The notes below the pieces were generated by a model. That model did no database searches. It was given only the letters and a program-made list of their open reading frames with translations, and was not told where the DNA came from. The translations under genes were made by a program, and so were the position numbers. This document shows positions 41,481 to 54,139 of a stretch of DNA of 64,000 nucleotides, one piece after another. Numbering within the stretch: position 1 is the first letter of the stretch; every line of letters starts with the position of its first letter. Source of the DNA: Octopus sinensis (lineage: Eukaryota); the NCBI RefSeq assembly GCF_006345805.1, contig NC_043023.1, positions 17,422,001-17,486,000 on the forward strand, read 5' to 3'.

Positions 41481-43466
41481 GAGCAACGTGAAATGAAGTG
41501 TTTTGCTCAAGAACACAATGCATCGCCCGGTCCAGGAATCGAAACCACAATCTTACAATCACGAGTCCAACACCCTAACCACTAAGCCATACACCTTCAC
41601 ATCCAGGCATTGAAGAGAGTCTGTTTCTGGAGTGAAATGAAGGGTTTTGCTTAAGAACACAATGTATTGCCTGGTCCAGGAATTGAAACCACAATCTTAC
41701 AATCATGAGTCCAACACCCTAACCACTAAGCCATGCACCTTCACATCCAGGCATTTAAGAGAGTCTGTTTCTGGAGTGAAATGAAGTGTTTTGCTCAAGA
41801 ACACAATGTATTGCCCGGTCCAGGAATCGAAACCACAATCTCAATCATGAGTCCAACACCCTAACCACTAAGCCATGCACCTTCACATCCAGGCATTTAA
41901 GAGAGTCTGTTTCTGGAGTGAAATGAAGGGTTTTGCTTAGAACACAATGTATTGCCTGGTCCAGGAATTGAACCACAATCTTACAATCATGAGTCAAACA
42001 CCCTACCACTAAGCCATGCACCTTCACATCCAGGCATTTAAGAGAGTCTGTTTCTGGAGTGAAATGAAGTGTTTTGCTCAAGAACACAATGTATTGCCCG
42101 TCCAGGAATCGAAACCAAAATCTTTACAATCATGAGTCCAACACCCTAACCACTAAGCCATGCACCTTCACATCCAGGCATTTAAGAGAGTCGTTTCTGG
42201 AGTGAAATGAAGGTTTTGCTTAAGAACACAATGTATTGCCTGGTCCGGAATTGAAACCACAATCTTACAATCATGAGTCCAACACCCTAACCACTAAGCC
42301 ATGCACCTTCACATCCAGGCATTTAAGAGAGTCTGTTTCTTCTGGAGTGAAATGAAGTGTTTTGCTCAAGAACACAATGTATTGCCCGGTCCAGGAATCG
42401 AAACCACAATCTTACAATCATGAGTCCAACACCCTAACCACTAAGCCATGCACCTTCACATCCAGGCATTTAAGAGAGTCTGTTTCTGGAGTGAAATGAA
42501 GGGTTTTGCTTAAGAACACAATGTATTGCCTGGTCCAGGAATTGAAACCACAATCTTACAATGATGAGTCCAACACCCTAACCACTAAGCCATGCACCTT
42601 CACATCCAGGCATTTAAGAGAGTCTGTTTCTGGAGTGAAATGAAGTGTTTTGCTCAAGAACACAATGTATTGCCCGGTCCAGGAATCGAAACCACAATCT
42701 TACAATCATGAGTCCAACACCCTAACCACTAAGCCATGCACCTTCACATCCAGGCATTGAAGAGAGTCTGTTTCTGAGTGAAATGAAGGGTTTTGCTTAA
42801 GAACACAATGTATTGCCTGGTCCAGGAATTGAAACCACAATCTTACAATCATGAGTCCAACACCCTAACCACTAAGCCATGCACCTTCACATCCAGGCAT
42901 TTAAGAGAGTCTGTTTCTGGAGTGAAATGAAGTGTTTTGCTCAAGAACACAATGTATTGCCCGGTCCAGGAATCGAAACCACAATCTTACAATCATGAGT
43001 CCAACACCCTAACCACTAAGCCATGCACCTTCACATCCAGGCATTTAAGAGAGTCTGTTTCTGGAGTGAAATGAAGGGTTTTGCTCAAGAACACAATGTA
43101 TTGCCTGGTCCAGGAATTGAAACCACAATCTTACAATCATGAGTCCAACACCCTAACCACTAAGCCATGCACCTTCACATCCAGGCATTTAAGGGAGTCT
43201 GTTTCTGGAGTGAAATGAAGTGTTTTGCTCAAGAACACAATGTATTGCTTGGTCCAGGAATTGAAACCACAATCTTACAATCACGAGTCCAACACCCTAA
43301 CCACTAAGCCATGCACCTTCACATCCAGGCATTTAAGAGAGTCTGTTTCTGGAGTGAAATGAAGTGTTTTGCTTAAGAACACAACGCATCGCCCGGTCCA
43401 GGAATCGAAACCACAATCTTACAATCACGAGTCCAACACCCTAACCACTAAGCCATGCGCCTCCAC
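41481..43466 (-). repeat. 14 x 144-bp tandem array built from a tRNA-derived SINE head, with A/B dimer higher-order structure
   Basis: GAAATGAAG recurs at 41490, 41634, 41778 ... 43356. Each unit has A box TGGCTTAGTGG and B-box-like GTTTC(G/A)ATTCC on the - strand. Confidence 0.92.
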
Positions 43467-44164
43467 TTTTTTTTAACAAATATTTATTTCTTTATTACCT
43501 ACAGGGGGCTAAACATAGAGGAGACAAACAAGAGGTGGTACTTATTTAATCGACCCCGAAAGAATGAAAGGTAAAGTCGACCTTGGCGTAATTTGAACAC
43601 AGAACGTAACGACAGACGAAATAACGCTAAGCATTTCGCTCCGCCTGCTGACGATTCTGCCAGCTTGCCAGCCTGTTTCAGTTGAGTCCACAAACTAGAA
43701 GACGCTAAGGATGTACAACAAGGAGTGTGGAAGCACTCCGTCGGTTACGACGACGAAGGTTCCGGTTGATCCGAATCAACGGAACAGACTGCTCGTGAAA
43801 TTAACGTGCAAGTGGCTGAGCACTCCACAGACACGTGCACCCTTAACGTAGTTCTTGGGGATATTCAGCGTGACACAGAGAGTGACAAGGCCGGCCCTTT
43901 GAAGTACAGGTACAAGAGAAACAGGAAGTAAGAGTGAGAGAAAGTTGTGGTGAAAGAGTACAGCAGGGATCACCACCATCCCCTGCCGGAGCCTCGTGGA
44001 GCTTTAGGTGTTTTCGCTCAATAAACACTCACAACGCCCGGTCTGGGAATCGAAACCGCGATCCTATGACCGCGAGTCCGCTGCCCTAACCACTGGGCCA
44101 TTGCGCCTCCACACAACAAGGAGCATACAACTGATGAACTGAACACATTTAGTAGTCTCTATGC

Positions 44165-44347
44165 CAGTGCTTTTCAAACTTTTTGCTGGAGCGGAACCCC
44201 AAGGAAACATTCCACTGGCTCGAGGAACCTCTGTGCAATAATTTAATAGTTTTATGCACACATATCTGCGCAGGAGATTTTAGCATTTTTGTAACTTCTT
44301 GCGGAACCCCTGGACTGTACTGGCGGAACCCTGGTTGAAAACCACTG
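44165..44347. mobile_element. hAT-type MITE (183 bp)
   Basis: TIR CAGTG(C/G)TTTTCAA at both ends, 8-bp flanks CTCTATGC / ATATATGC (6/8 match). Confidence 0.75.
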
Positions 44348-44479
44348 ATATATGCTATAAGAATTCGGAGTTAACTTCTAGATTTAGAAATAGTAGTGTG
44401 AAATATAATTTGCATTTAATATTTCATCTGAAAGCGAATGTAAATTTCCTTAAATTTCATTTTCAATTTTCCATTGCAG

Positions 44480-44711
44480 AAAATGTTGAGGAGGTTTCAA
44501 CAAAGCTCAGCGATATTTCCAAGAAATCAGTGTATTTCAAAGTAGAAGATATTGACTTGGCTGTTGATATTCATGAGAAAATGCTGCCATTGATATCGAA
44601 TGTGTCCGCTAATATAACACTGCATAACATACTTCTTAGTATCAACGATATGATAAACACACCGGAAGAGATTTTGGTCGAAGCTGAAAAATCAAAGAGA
44701 ACTGGGAGCAG
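44480..44711 (+). CDS. Adhesion GPCR exon: GAIN subdomain A (ENVEEVSTKL...EDIDLAVDI...NDMINTPEEILVEAE)
   Basis: ttgcAG acceptor, open frame, donor AG|GTAAAG (phase 2) matches 45915. Confidence 0.88.
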
Positions 44712-44908
44712 GTAAAGTTCAAATCACATTTATTGTCAGTGTAACTAGTAGTAGTATTAGTAGTAGTAGTAGTAGTAGTAGTAGAGAAAAGAAAAGAAAA
44801 AGAAAATGAAGGAGAGGAGGAGGAGAAGGAAGTAGAAGCATTAATAGAAGCAGCAGCAGCAGCTGTATCAACAATACTGTCCCCACCCCCAGTAGCAACA
44901 GTAGCATA

Positions 44909-45812
44909 TATTTCTTTATTGCCCACAAGGGGCTAAACACAGAGGGGACAAATAAGCACAAAGAGATTAAGTCGATTATATCGACCCCAGTGCGTAACTG
45001 GTACTTAATTTATCGACCCCGAAAGGATGAAAGGCAAAGTCGACCTCCGCGGATTTTGAACTCAGAACGTAACAGACGAAATACCTATTTCTTTATTGCC
45101 CACAAGGGGCTAAACACAGAGGGGACAAATAAGCACAAAGGGATTAAGTCGATTACATCGACCCCAGTGCGTAACTGGTACTTTATTTATCGACCCCGAA
45201 AGGATGAAAGGCAAAGTCAACCTCGGCGGAATTTGAACTCAGGACGTAACAGCAGAAGAAATACCTATTTCTTTATTGCCCTCAAGGGGCTAAACACAGA
45301 GGGGACAAACAAGCACAAAGGGATTAAGTCGATTACATCGAACCCAGTGCGTAACTGGTACTTTATTTATCGACCCCGAAAGGATGAAAGGCAAAGTCAA
45401 CCTCGGCGGAATTTGAACTCAGGACGTAACAGCAGACGAAATACCTATTTCTTTATTGCCCACAAGGGGCTAAACACAGAGGGGACAAACAAGCACAAAG
45501 GGATTAAGTCGATTACATCGAACCCAGTGCGTAACTGGTACTTTATTTATCGACCCCGAAAGGATGAAAGGCAAAGTCGACCTCGGCGGAATTTGAACTC
45601 AGAACGTAACAGCAGACGAAATACCTATTTCTTTATTGCCCACAAGGGGCTAAACACAGAGGGGACAAACAAGCACAAAGGGATTAAGTCGATTATATCG
45701 ACCCCAGTGCGTAACTAGTACTTAATTTATCGACCCCGAAAGGATGAAAGGCAAAGTCGACCTCGGCGGAATTTGAACTCAGAACGTAACGGCAGACGAA
45801 ATACCGCTAAAC
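44909..45812 (-). repeat. 5 x 180-bp tandem array of a SINE body
   Basis: ATACCTATTTCTTTATTGCC recurs at 45081, 45261, 45441, 45621. The unit matches the GGCGGCGAGCTGGCAGAA SINE family minus its head. Confidence 0.92.
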
Positions 45813-45914
45813 ATAAAAAGATTTGTTAATCAATATAATAAGTGTAATTACACCTATATCTAATTACGTATTTGAAACACTCATTTGAAATATATTTTCT
45901 TGATTTTCTCACAG

Positions 45915-46086
45915 AATGCTGGACATTTTAGAAGCAATCCCTGAAGAGATTCCACTGGAAGGGCAACCACTCACAATTGCATATTCAAATATTGGTGTTG
46001 GTATTACCAAAGTAGAGGAAAAATCTTTCAACGGTCTTTTCTATGGTGTTTTGTATGGAAATAAGGAAACTAAAGTGAAGACAATG
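45915..46086 (+). CDS. Adhesion GPCR exon: GAIN (RMLDILEAIPEEIPLEGQPLTIAYSNIGVGITKV...)
   Basis: ctcacAG acceptor, phase 2 in and phase 0 out (ATG|GTACGA), open frame. Confidence 0.88.
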
Positions 46087-46515
46087 GTACGATACTTTCT
46101 CAAGAGTACTTTCTTATCAACCGTTTATTCTGACCTCCCCCTGTAGATAAAAACCTTCCACCTTAATTACAATGGAATATATCTATTTCTTTACTACCCA
46201 CAAAGGGCTAATCATCATCATCATCATTGTTCGACCTTGAGCGAGACAATGGAATTTACCATGCTACGGCAGACTTGATGGTCCATCATGGCATTACGGA
46301 GGTCCTGTTGCTGGATGCCTGTATCCCTGGAGATTACATCAGGGTAGGAGAGCTCTACAACAATGTCCAGCAACTGGACTCTCTTACCGCTGATGATGAC
46401 GATGATATATACTATATATATATATATATATAATATATATATATATATATAAATATATATATAATTATATGTATCTATATATATATGTATATATATATAT
46501 GTATATATATATATG

Positions 46516-46563
<48 letters not shown>

Positions 46564-46570
46564 GTATATA

Positions 46571-46617
<47 letters not shown>

Positions 46618-46760
46618 GTATATATATATATTGATATATATATATATTATATATATATATATATATATGTATGTATAAGTTTTCTGGTGCATCTAAGTTA
46701 AGTACCATATTCAAGTGAATTCATTAGAATTGACTTGAATCTTAATTGCTTTTATATATG

Positions 46761-46843
<83 letters not shown>

Positions 46844-46867
46844 GTATATATATATATTATATATGTA

Positions 46868-47232
46868 TCTCTCTATATATAAACGGCAGTTTGTCTGTGT
46901 GTGTGTCTGTGTGTCTGTTTGGTGTACCCTCACCTGACCACGGCTTTCAACCGATTCTGATGAAACTTGACACACACATAGCCTAATGTCATAATTCAAA
47001 ACTAACGCAGCGAAAATTTTGAAAAGTTCCCCCAGTTCTGAAAAAAATCAATAAATTCGACATGGGGTCGACAATCAGAAACACAAACCACAGACTGTCT
47101 AGGGGACGCAACTCGACCTTTTTAACTAAAAACAATTTACCATCATTTTTTCCCCATTTTTTGGCTATAACTCTCTAAAATATTTATAGTTATTTCCCTT
47201 ACAAACCCGAGCAACGCCGGGCGATATGCTAG
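46868..47232 (+). mobile_element. Non-autonomous Helitron, same 3' end family but different 5' body
   Basis: A|TCTCTCTATATATAAACGG...CCCGAGCAACGCCGGGCGATATGCTAG|T. Confidence 0.8.
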
Positions 47233-47263
<31 letters not shown>

Positions 47264-47268
47264 GTATA

Positions 47269-47307
<39 letters not shown>

Positions 47308-49092
47308 TATAGTTTTCTGGTGCATCTAAGTTAAGTACCATATTCAAGTGAATTCATTAGAATTGACTTGAATCTTAATTGCTTTTATATATGTATATAT
47401 AATACATAATATATATATATGTATATATATAATATGTGTATATATATATATATATATAATATATATATATATTATTATATATATATATATATATTATATA
47501 TATATATATATATAATATATTATGCGGCGGGCTGGCAGAATAGTTAGCACGCCGGGCGAAATGCGTAGCCGTATTTCGTCTGCCGCTACGTCTGACTTCA
47601 AAGTTCGCCGAGGTCAACTTTGCCTTTCATCCTTTCGGGGTCGATTCAATAAGTACCAGTTACGCACTGGGGTCGATCAAATCGACTTAATCTGTTTGTC
47701 TGTGTTCTTGTTTGTCCCCTCTATGTTTAGCCCCTCGTGGGTAGTAAAGAAATATATATTCCTGTCACTGGGCACCCGAGAATAAGAAAGATATTGAGAA
47801 AATGGTATTAGGTGATAATGGCAGCTGGCAAAATTCTGGATTAGGTAATCCATATAAACCCTCATGACTTCTTATATTTGGGAATTTTCAGATAACTTCT
47901 TCAACTTTGTGTTCTACACACAAAAATTCATACGATTACGAAATTAATTCCTTTTAAACCCACCCTACCGCTTATACACCCTAAACTTTCCACCCTTACT
48001 CTTTTACTCTTTTACTTGTTTCAGTCATTTGACTGTGGCCATGCTGGAGCACCCCCTTTAGTCGAGCAAATCTACCCCGGGACTTATTCTTTGTAAGCCC
48101 AGTACTTATTCTATCGGTCTCTTTTCTCTTTTACTCTTTTACTTGTTTCAGTCATTTGACTGTGGCCATGCTGGAGCACCACCTTTAGTCGAGCAACTCG
48201 ACCCCGGGACTTATTCTTTGTAAGCCCAGTACTTATTCTATCATTCTCTTTTGCCGAACCGCTAAGTTACGGGGACGTAAACACACCAACATCGGTTGCC
48301 AAGCAATGCTAGGGGGACAAACGCAAACACATACACACACATAAACATACATATATATACATATATACGACGGGCTTCTTTCAGTTTCCGTCTACCAAAT
48401 CCACTCACAAGGTATTGGTCGGCCCGGGGCTATAGCAGAAGACACTTACTCAAGATGCCACGCAGTGGGACTGAACCCGGAACCATGTGGTTTGTAAGCA
48501 AGCTACTTACCACACAGTCACTCCTGCGCCTATGCATATATACATATATACGACAGGCTTCTTTCAGTTTCCGTCTACCAAATCCACTCACAAGGCTTTG
48601 GTCGGCCCGGGGCTATAGCAGAAGACACTTGCTCAAGATGCCACGCAGTGGGACTGAACCCGGAACCATGTGGTTGGTTAGCAAGCTACTTACCACACAG
48701 CCACTCTTTTATAAATCGGAGCTTAAAATATGGACGGTCTGAATTTCTTGCCAAATCCCAGCAATGGGCCATTATATGTGTTAAGAGGAGTAAAATTTTG
48801 AAAAGCATTAATACATTTGAGTGACAAAGAAACGAGGTAAGTATCACGTCGTAAAATATGCTAAAAATAACAGCTAAACCACCCTTAAATTACACACAAA
48901 AAACCTTTCTGTATGATTTCTTGTGTGTAAAAGACAAATTAGCAAATCTTTTCTGAAAATTCTAAAAAGTAAAAAAAAAAAAAATATGAGGGGTTATATG
49001 GGGGTAGTTAAACCAGGTATCGGTAGGGAGTTTTTGTTATGTTAACTGTAATGTTTTTGCAATGGAGCAATTGGGGAATAAGTAAAAGCTAA

Positions 49093-49524
49093 AACAGCAG
49101 CAGCAGCAGCAGTAGTAATAGTAGTAGTAATAGTAGCAGTAGTAGTAGTAGTAGCAGAAGTAGTAGTAGTAGTAGTAGCAGTAGTAGTAGTAGCAGAAGT
49201 AGTAGTAGTAGTAGTAGCAGTAGTAGTAGTAGCAGAAGTAGTAGTAGTAGTAGTAGCAGTAGTAGTAGTAGCAGAAGTAGTAGTAGTAGTAGCAGCAGTA
49301 GTAGTAGCAGTAGTAGCAGCAGTAGTAGTAGCAGAAGTAGTAGTAGTAGTAGTAGTAGCAGTAGTAGTAGTAGCAGAAGTAGTAGTAGTAGTAGTAGTAG
49401 CAGTAGTAGTAGTAGCAGAAGTAGTAGTAGTAGTAGCAGCAGTAGTAGTAGTAGCAGCAGCAGCAGTAGTAGTAGTAGTAGTAGTAGTAGCAGTAGTAGC
49501 AGCAGTAGTAGTAGTAGCAGCAGC

Positions 49525-49556
<32 letters not shown>

Positions 49557-49578
49557 CAGCAGTAGTTGTAGAAGCAGC

Positions 49579-49611
<33 letters not shown>

Positions 49612-49788
49612 TGCAGCAGAGTAGTAGCAGTAGTAGAAGTAGTAGTAGTAGTAGTAATAGTAGCAGCAGTAGTTGTAGTAGCAGTAGTAGTAGTAATAGT
49701 AGTAGTAGAAGTAGTAGTAGTTGTAGCAGTAGTAGCAGTAGTAGTAGTAGTAGTAGTTTCAGAAGCAGCAGCAGTAGTATTAGTAACA

Positions 49789-49819
<31 letters not shown>

Positions 49820-49862
49820 CAGCAGCAGTAGCAGCAGCATTAGTACTAGTAGTAGTAGTAGC

Positions 49863-49893
<31 letters not shown>
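49093..49893 (+). repeat. ~800-bp (AGT)n trinucleotide tract with AGC/AGA variants
   Basis: Direct reading. It ends ~45 bp before the 49940 acceptor. Confidence 0.95.
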
Positions 49894-49895
<2 letters not shown>

Positions 49896-49939
49896 TATTT
49901 GTCAATTTCATTTCTTTTCCTTTCCTTTTCTTCCCTCAG

Positions 49940-50098
49940 ATATACAACAGCTCTTATGCAGAAACACCACAGGAAGAAACGAAGGACATGGACTTCATTT
50001 CCTTACCAAGGAGCTTGATGAAACATCTCCAAGATGAAGGCCTGTCGACTATGTCTAGGATCTCTTTTGTCTTTATGCGGGATGATAAAATTCAAAGG
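49940..50098 (+). CDS. Adhesion GPCR exon: GAIN B (IYNSSY...DFISLPRSL...SRISFVFMRDDKIQR)
   Basis: Polypyrimidine tract + cctcAG, 53 codons open, donor AGG|GTAGGG. ISLP and RISF motifs are typical of GAIN. Not in the ORF track in this frame. Confidence 0.85.
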
Positions 50099-50857
50099 GT
50101 AGGGAACATGCATGGAAATCTTTCTTTATCTATCTGATTAAACAATGCTTGAATTCATTGTATTTTCTTAAAATGGATTAAATAATGATAATACAAGACA
50201 GCTACCAATGTTTATGTCTATACCTACCCCCATATATATATGGAATGGAAGCACTCCGTCGATGAAGGTTCCGGTTGATCCGAATCAACGGAACAGCCTG
50301 CTCGTGAAATTAACGTGTAAGTGGCTGAGCACTCCACAGACACGTGTACCCTTAACGTAGTTCTCGGGGATATTCAGCGTGACACAGAGAGAGGGTGACA
50401 AGGCCGGCCCTTTGAAATACAGGTACAACGGAAAACAGGAAGTAAGAGTGAGAGAAAGTTGTGGTGAAAGAGTACAGCAGGGATCACCACCATCCCCTGC
50501 CGGAGCCTCGTGGAGCTTTAGGTGTTTTCGCTCAATAAACACTCACAACGCCCGGTCTGAGAATCGAAACCGCGATCCTATGACCGCGATCCTATGACCG
50601 CGAGTCCGCTGCCCTAACCACTGGGCCATTGCGCCTCCACCATATATATATATACTCTTTACTTGTTTCAGTCATTTGACTGCGGCCATGCTGGAGCACC
50701 GCCTTTTGTCGAGCAAATCGACCCCGGGACTTATTCTTTGTAAGCCCAGTGCTTATTCTATCGGTCTGTTTTGCCGAACCGATAAGTGACGGGGACGTAA
50801 ACACACCAGCATCGGTTGTCAAACAATGCTAGGGGGACAAACACAGACACACAAACA

Positions 50858-50923
<66 letters not shown>

Positions 50924-51379
50924 TACGACGGACTTCTTTCAGTTTCCGTCTACCAAATCCACTCACAAGGCTTTGGTTGGCCCGAGGCTATAGCAGAAGA
51001 CACTTGCCCAAGATGCCACGCAGTGGGACTGAACCCGGAACCATGTGGTTTGTAAGCAAGCTACTTACCACACAGTCACTCCTGCGCCTATGCATATATA
51101 CATATATACGACAGGCTTCTTTCAGTTTCCGTCTACCAAATCCACTCACAATGCTTTGGTGGGCCCGAGGCTATAGCAGAAGACACTTGCCCAAGATGCC
51201 ACGCAGTGGGATTGAACCCGGAACCATGTGGTTGGTAAGCAATCTACTTACCACACAGCCACTCCTGCGCCTATATATATATATATGTATAATAATTAAT
51301 AAAAAAAAGCAACGGAGCACGTTAGTACTTAGACGTCATTACTATGGTCAGCAAAACAACTTAATACAATTTATATTAC

Positions 51380-52088
51380 AAATGATATGCATAAGATCTG
51401 GTCATCAAATCTAAGTAGAGACTTCAAACTTAAAATCTTCAAAGTCACAGTCGAACCAATTCTATTATATGGCTCAGAAACCTGGACGTTATCAAAGAAG
51501 CTTGAGAGGCGGTTGGATGGAACTTACACTCACCTCCTTATGAGAGCTGAAAACGAGGTAATTTCTACTCTTCTCCTCTGGAAGCCATCTGCTCGCAATA
51601 CCAGAAGGCACACACTCTCCTACCCTGATGTAATTTTCAGGGATACAGGCATCCAGCAACAAGACCTCCGTAATGCCATGATGGACTGTGAAATCTGGTG
51701 TAACATTGTAAATTCCTTTGTCTTGACCACGGTCAAACAATGATGATGAAGACAAAATATTACATAAGATCTGGTCATCAAATCTAAGTAGAGACTTCAA
51801 ACTTGAAATCTTCCAAGTCACAGTGGAACCAATTCTATTATATGGCTCAGAAACCTGGACGTTATCAAAGAAGCTTGAGAGGCGGTTCGATGGAACCTAC
51901 ACTCGCCTCCTTATCAGAGCTCAAAATCTCTCGTGGAAGCGTCATCCAACCAAAGTACAAATATATGGGAAATTACCACCTGTGTCATCTCTTGTGAAAG
52001 GTAGAAGAGTCCAGTTTGCTGGACATTGTTGTAGAATTGAAAACGAGGTAATTTCTACTCTTCTCCTCTGGAAGCCATCTGCTCGCGA
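51380..52088 (+). mobile_element. Dimer (internally deleted + 3'-truncated) of the same RTE 3'-end unit
   Basis: Same 5' start (ATGCATAAGATCTGG) and same junction (TGATGATGA-AGACAAAATATTA-CATAAGATC). Confidence 0.85.
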
Positions 52089-52229
52089 AAAGACAATGCG
52101 AGTACGTAGTATATTAAGGCGGCGAGCTGGCAGAGGAGTTAGCACGCCAGGCGGAAGGCCTGTGATGCATTTGAAAAGCTTGAATCGAGGATCTGGCGGC
52201 AATCAAGCATCAAAGAATCAACGAAAATT

Positions 52230-53850
52230 AAAGTTTATCAAGCATGTACCTTTAGAATGCTGTTGTATGAATTCGAGACCTAACAGCCTACTGTAGGCAT
52301 ATCAGGCATATCCAAAGTCTTGAGCGATGCCACCAACGATGTTTGTGTAATATACGGAACTAGCAGTATCGCCCGGCGTTGCTCGGGTTTGTAAGGGAAA
52401 TAACTATATCAGCATTTTTAGAGAGTTGTAGCCAAAAAATAGCAAAAAAAATGCATTAAAAATGGAAAAAAAATAATGGTAGATCTTTTTTAAAATCGTT
52501 GACTCATCGTAGACATTTTTAGAGAGTTACTTCCCTTATATAATAGCGAAAAAATGCATTAAAATGGAAAAAAAGGATGGTAAATTATTTTAAAAATCGT
52601 AGACTCATCGTAGATGCGCGCTAATACCCAGAAGGGCTCGATATGAATCACGACTATAAGATACCCGGTTTTGGTTAAACTGCACCGCAAAATGTGGGAG
52701 TAGTTAGGAATCTAAATCGTAGGAGACAGACACACAACTTCTCTTTTATATATAAAGATATCTCATGGTAATATCATGCACCTGATATGGGAATGCTTGC
52801 AGCTGGCAAAACTGACGGTAACGAGACCATGATTATGAAACACCTACTTAGAAGGTCTGATCATTTTGTGCCTTTTGGAGACAACAGTACCCAAAGAAAA
52901 CAGATGCTGTATGGTGAGCAGGAGCAAGGAAAAAGTCCCATTGCAAGCAACCCGAGCGTTTCAATGACAAGCTTAAAGATACACTTGAAAAGGTCAATAT
53001 CGATACAAACACCTGGGAAGATCTTGCATCAGATATGGAGTTGTGGAGGAATCTAATATAGGAGCACTCCTTCGTTTACGATGATGAGGGTCCCAGCTGA
53101 TACGATCAACGGAACAGCTTGCTCGTGGAATTAACGTGCAAGTGGCTGAGCATTCCACAGACACGTGCACCCTTAACGTAGTTCTCGGGGATATTCTCAG
53201 CGTGACACAGAGTGTGACAAGGCTGGCCCCTTTGAAATACAGGTACAACAGAAACAGGAAGAAAGAGTGAGAGAAAGTTGTGGTGAAAGAGTACAGCAGG
53301 GGTCGCCACCACCCCTGCAGGAGCCCTGTGAAGCTTTAGGTGTTTTCGCTCAATAAACACTCACAATGCCCGGTCTGGGAATCGAAACCGCGATCTTACG
53401 ACCGCGAGTCCGCTGCCCTAACCACTGGGCCATTGCGCCTCCACGGAGGAATCTAATAGCTACTGATATTAAAGAAATTTACAAGAAACAGCGATACGTA
53501 ACCGAAGTTGAAACGTACTGGTAAATATATGGAAAACGTGAGAATGGCTTTAAAGTATCTCTTTCGTGGGACAAGTATGGTCGTATCTAGTTGTTAAAGG
53601 CAAACCTACTCAGACCCAAATGAATTCACAAAATCATCCATCTACCAATATGATATCCAACATGATTTCTCGTGCTCCCTTGTGTAACAAAGAATGTAGG
53701 TCGGCCAGTGCTCTCAACCGGTATTATAAGTTTCAACAGCTAGATAGTCAGACTGCTACGGGAAAACTAATTTCTAATCAATGTGGAATGACTTGCATGT
53801 CCTTTGTAGACCTTAAGACGTCATCAGCGATAAGAACCGAATGTATAGTG
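52230..53850 (+). mobile_element. Decayed RTE/BovB-like LINE 3' region, interrupted by a Helitron and by a SINE with a 14-bp TSD
   Basis: HIQSLERCHQRCLCNIRNISW, KQMLYGE, DTLEKVNIDTNTWEDLASD..LWRNL, then degenerate C2H2-like motifs near 53680-53830. TSD GGAGGAATCTAATA at 53045-58 and 53445-58. Confidence 0.75.
52360..52758 (-). mobile_element. Short (399 bp) non-autonomous Helitron core
   Basis: TC...CTAG termini. Removing it restores the RTE frame CGG AAT ATC TCA TGG (RNISW), so the insertion is clean A|T with no TSD. Confidence 0.9.
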
Positions 53851-54139
53851 TTCATTAGAATAAAGAAGTTTAAGGAGTGGTTCTACTCGCTCACGCATCG
53901 ACTTCCACTACATACATACATACATATATATGTCTTTTACAAACAACTGCCGAATTTCTCTGGTTATTAGAGGCTGTGATAGAAATGGCTTACCCAATGC
54001 ACTGTGCAGAGAGATTAAACAGAGGACACACCTAGAACTTAAGTACACAGACATACATAACACCAGCCGTTATGCTAACAATTTCGATATAAAACAAATA
54101 AACCATTACTTAGAAAAAGTACAACCCTTGGGTGTGAAC

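Noticed and set aside
41490-43466. CRISPR-like or tRNA-gene cluster interpretation of the regular array
   Set aside because: No unique spacers, eukaryotic context, and units lack a complete tRNA 3' acceptor arm; it is SINE-derived.
44990-45718. 242-aa repetitive ORF
   Set aside because: A by-product of a 180-bp (multiple of 3) SINE-derived unit read antisense.
49037-50018. Poly-Leu/Tyr and poly-Ser ORFs
   Set aside because: Trinucleotide tract translations; the real exon uses another frame from 49940.
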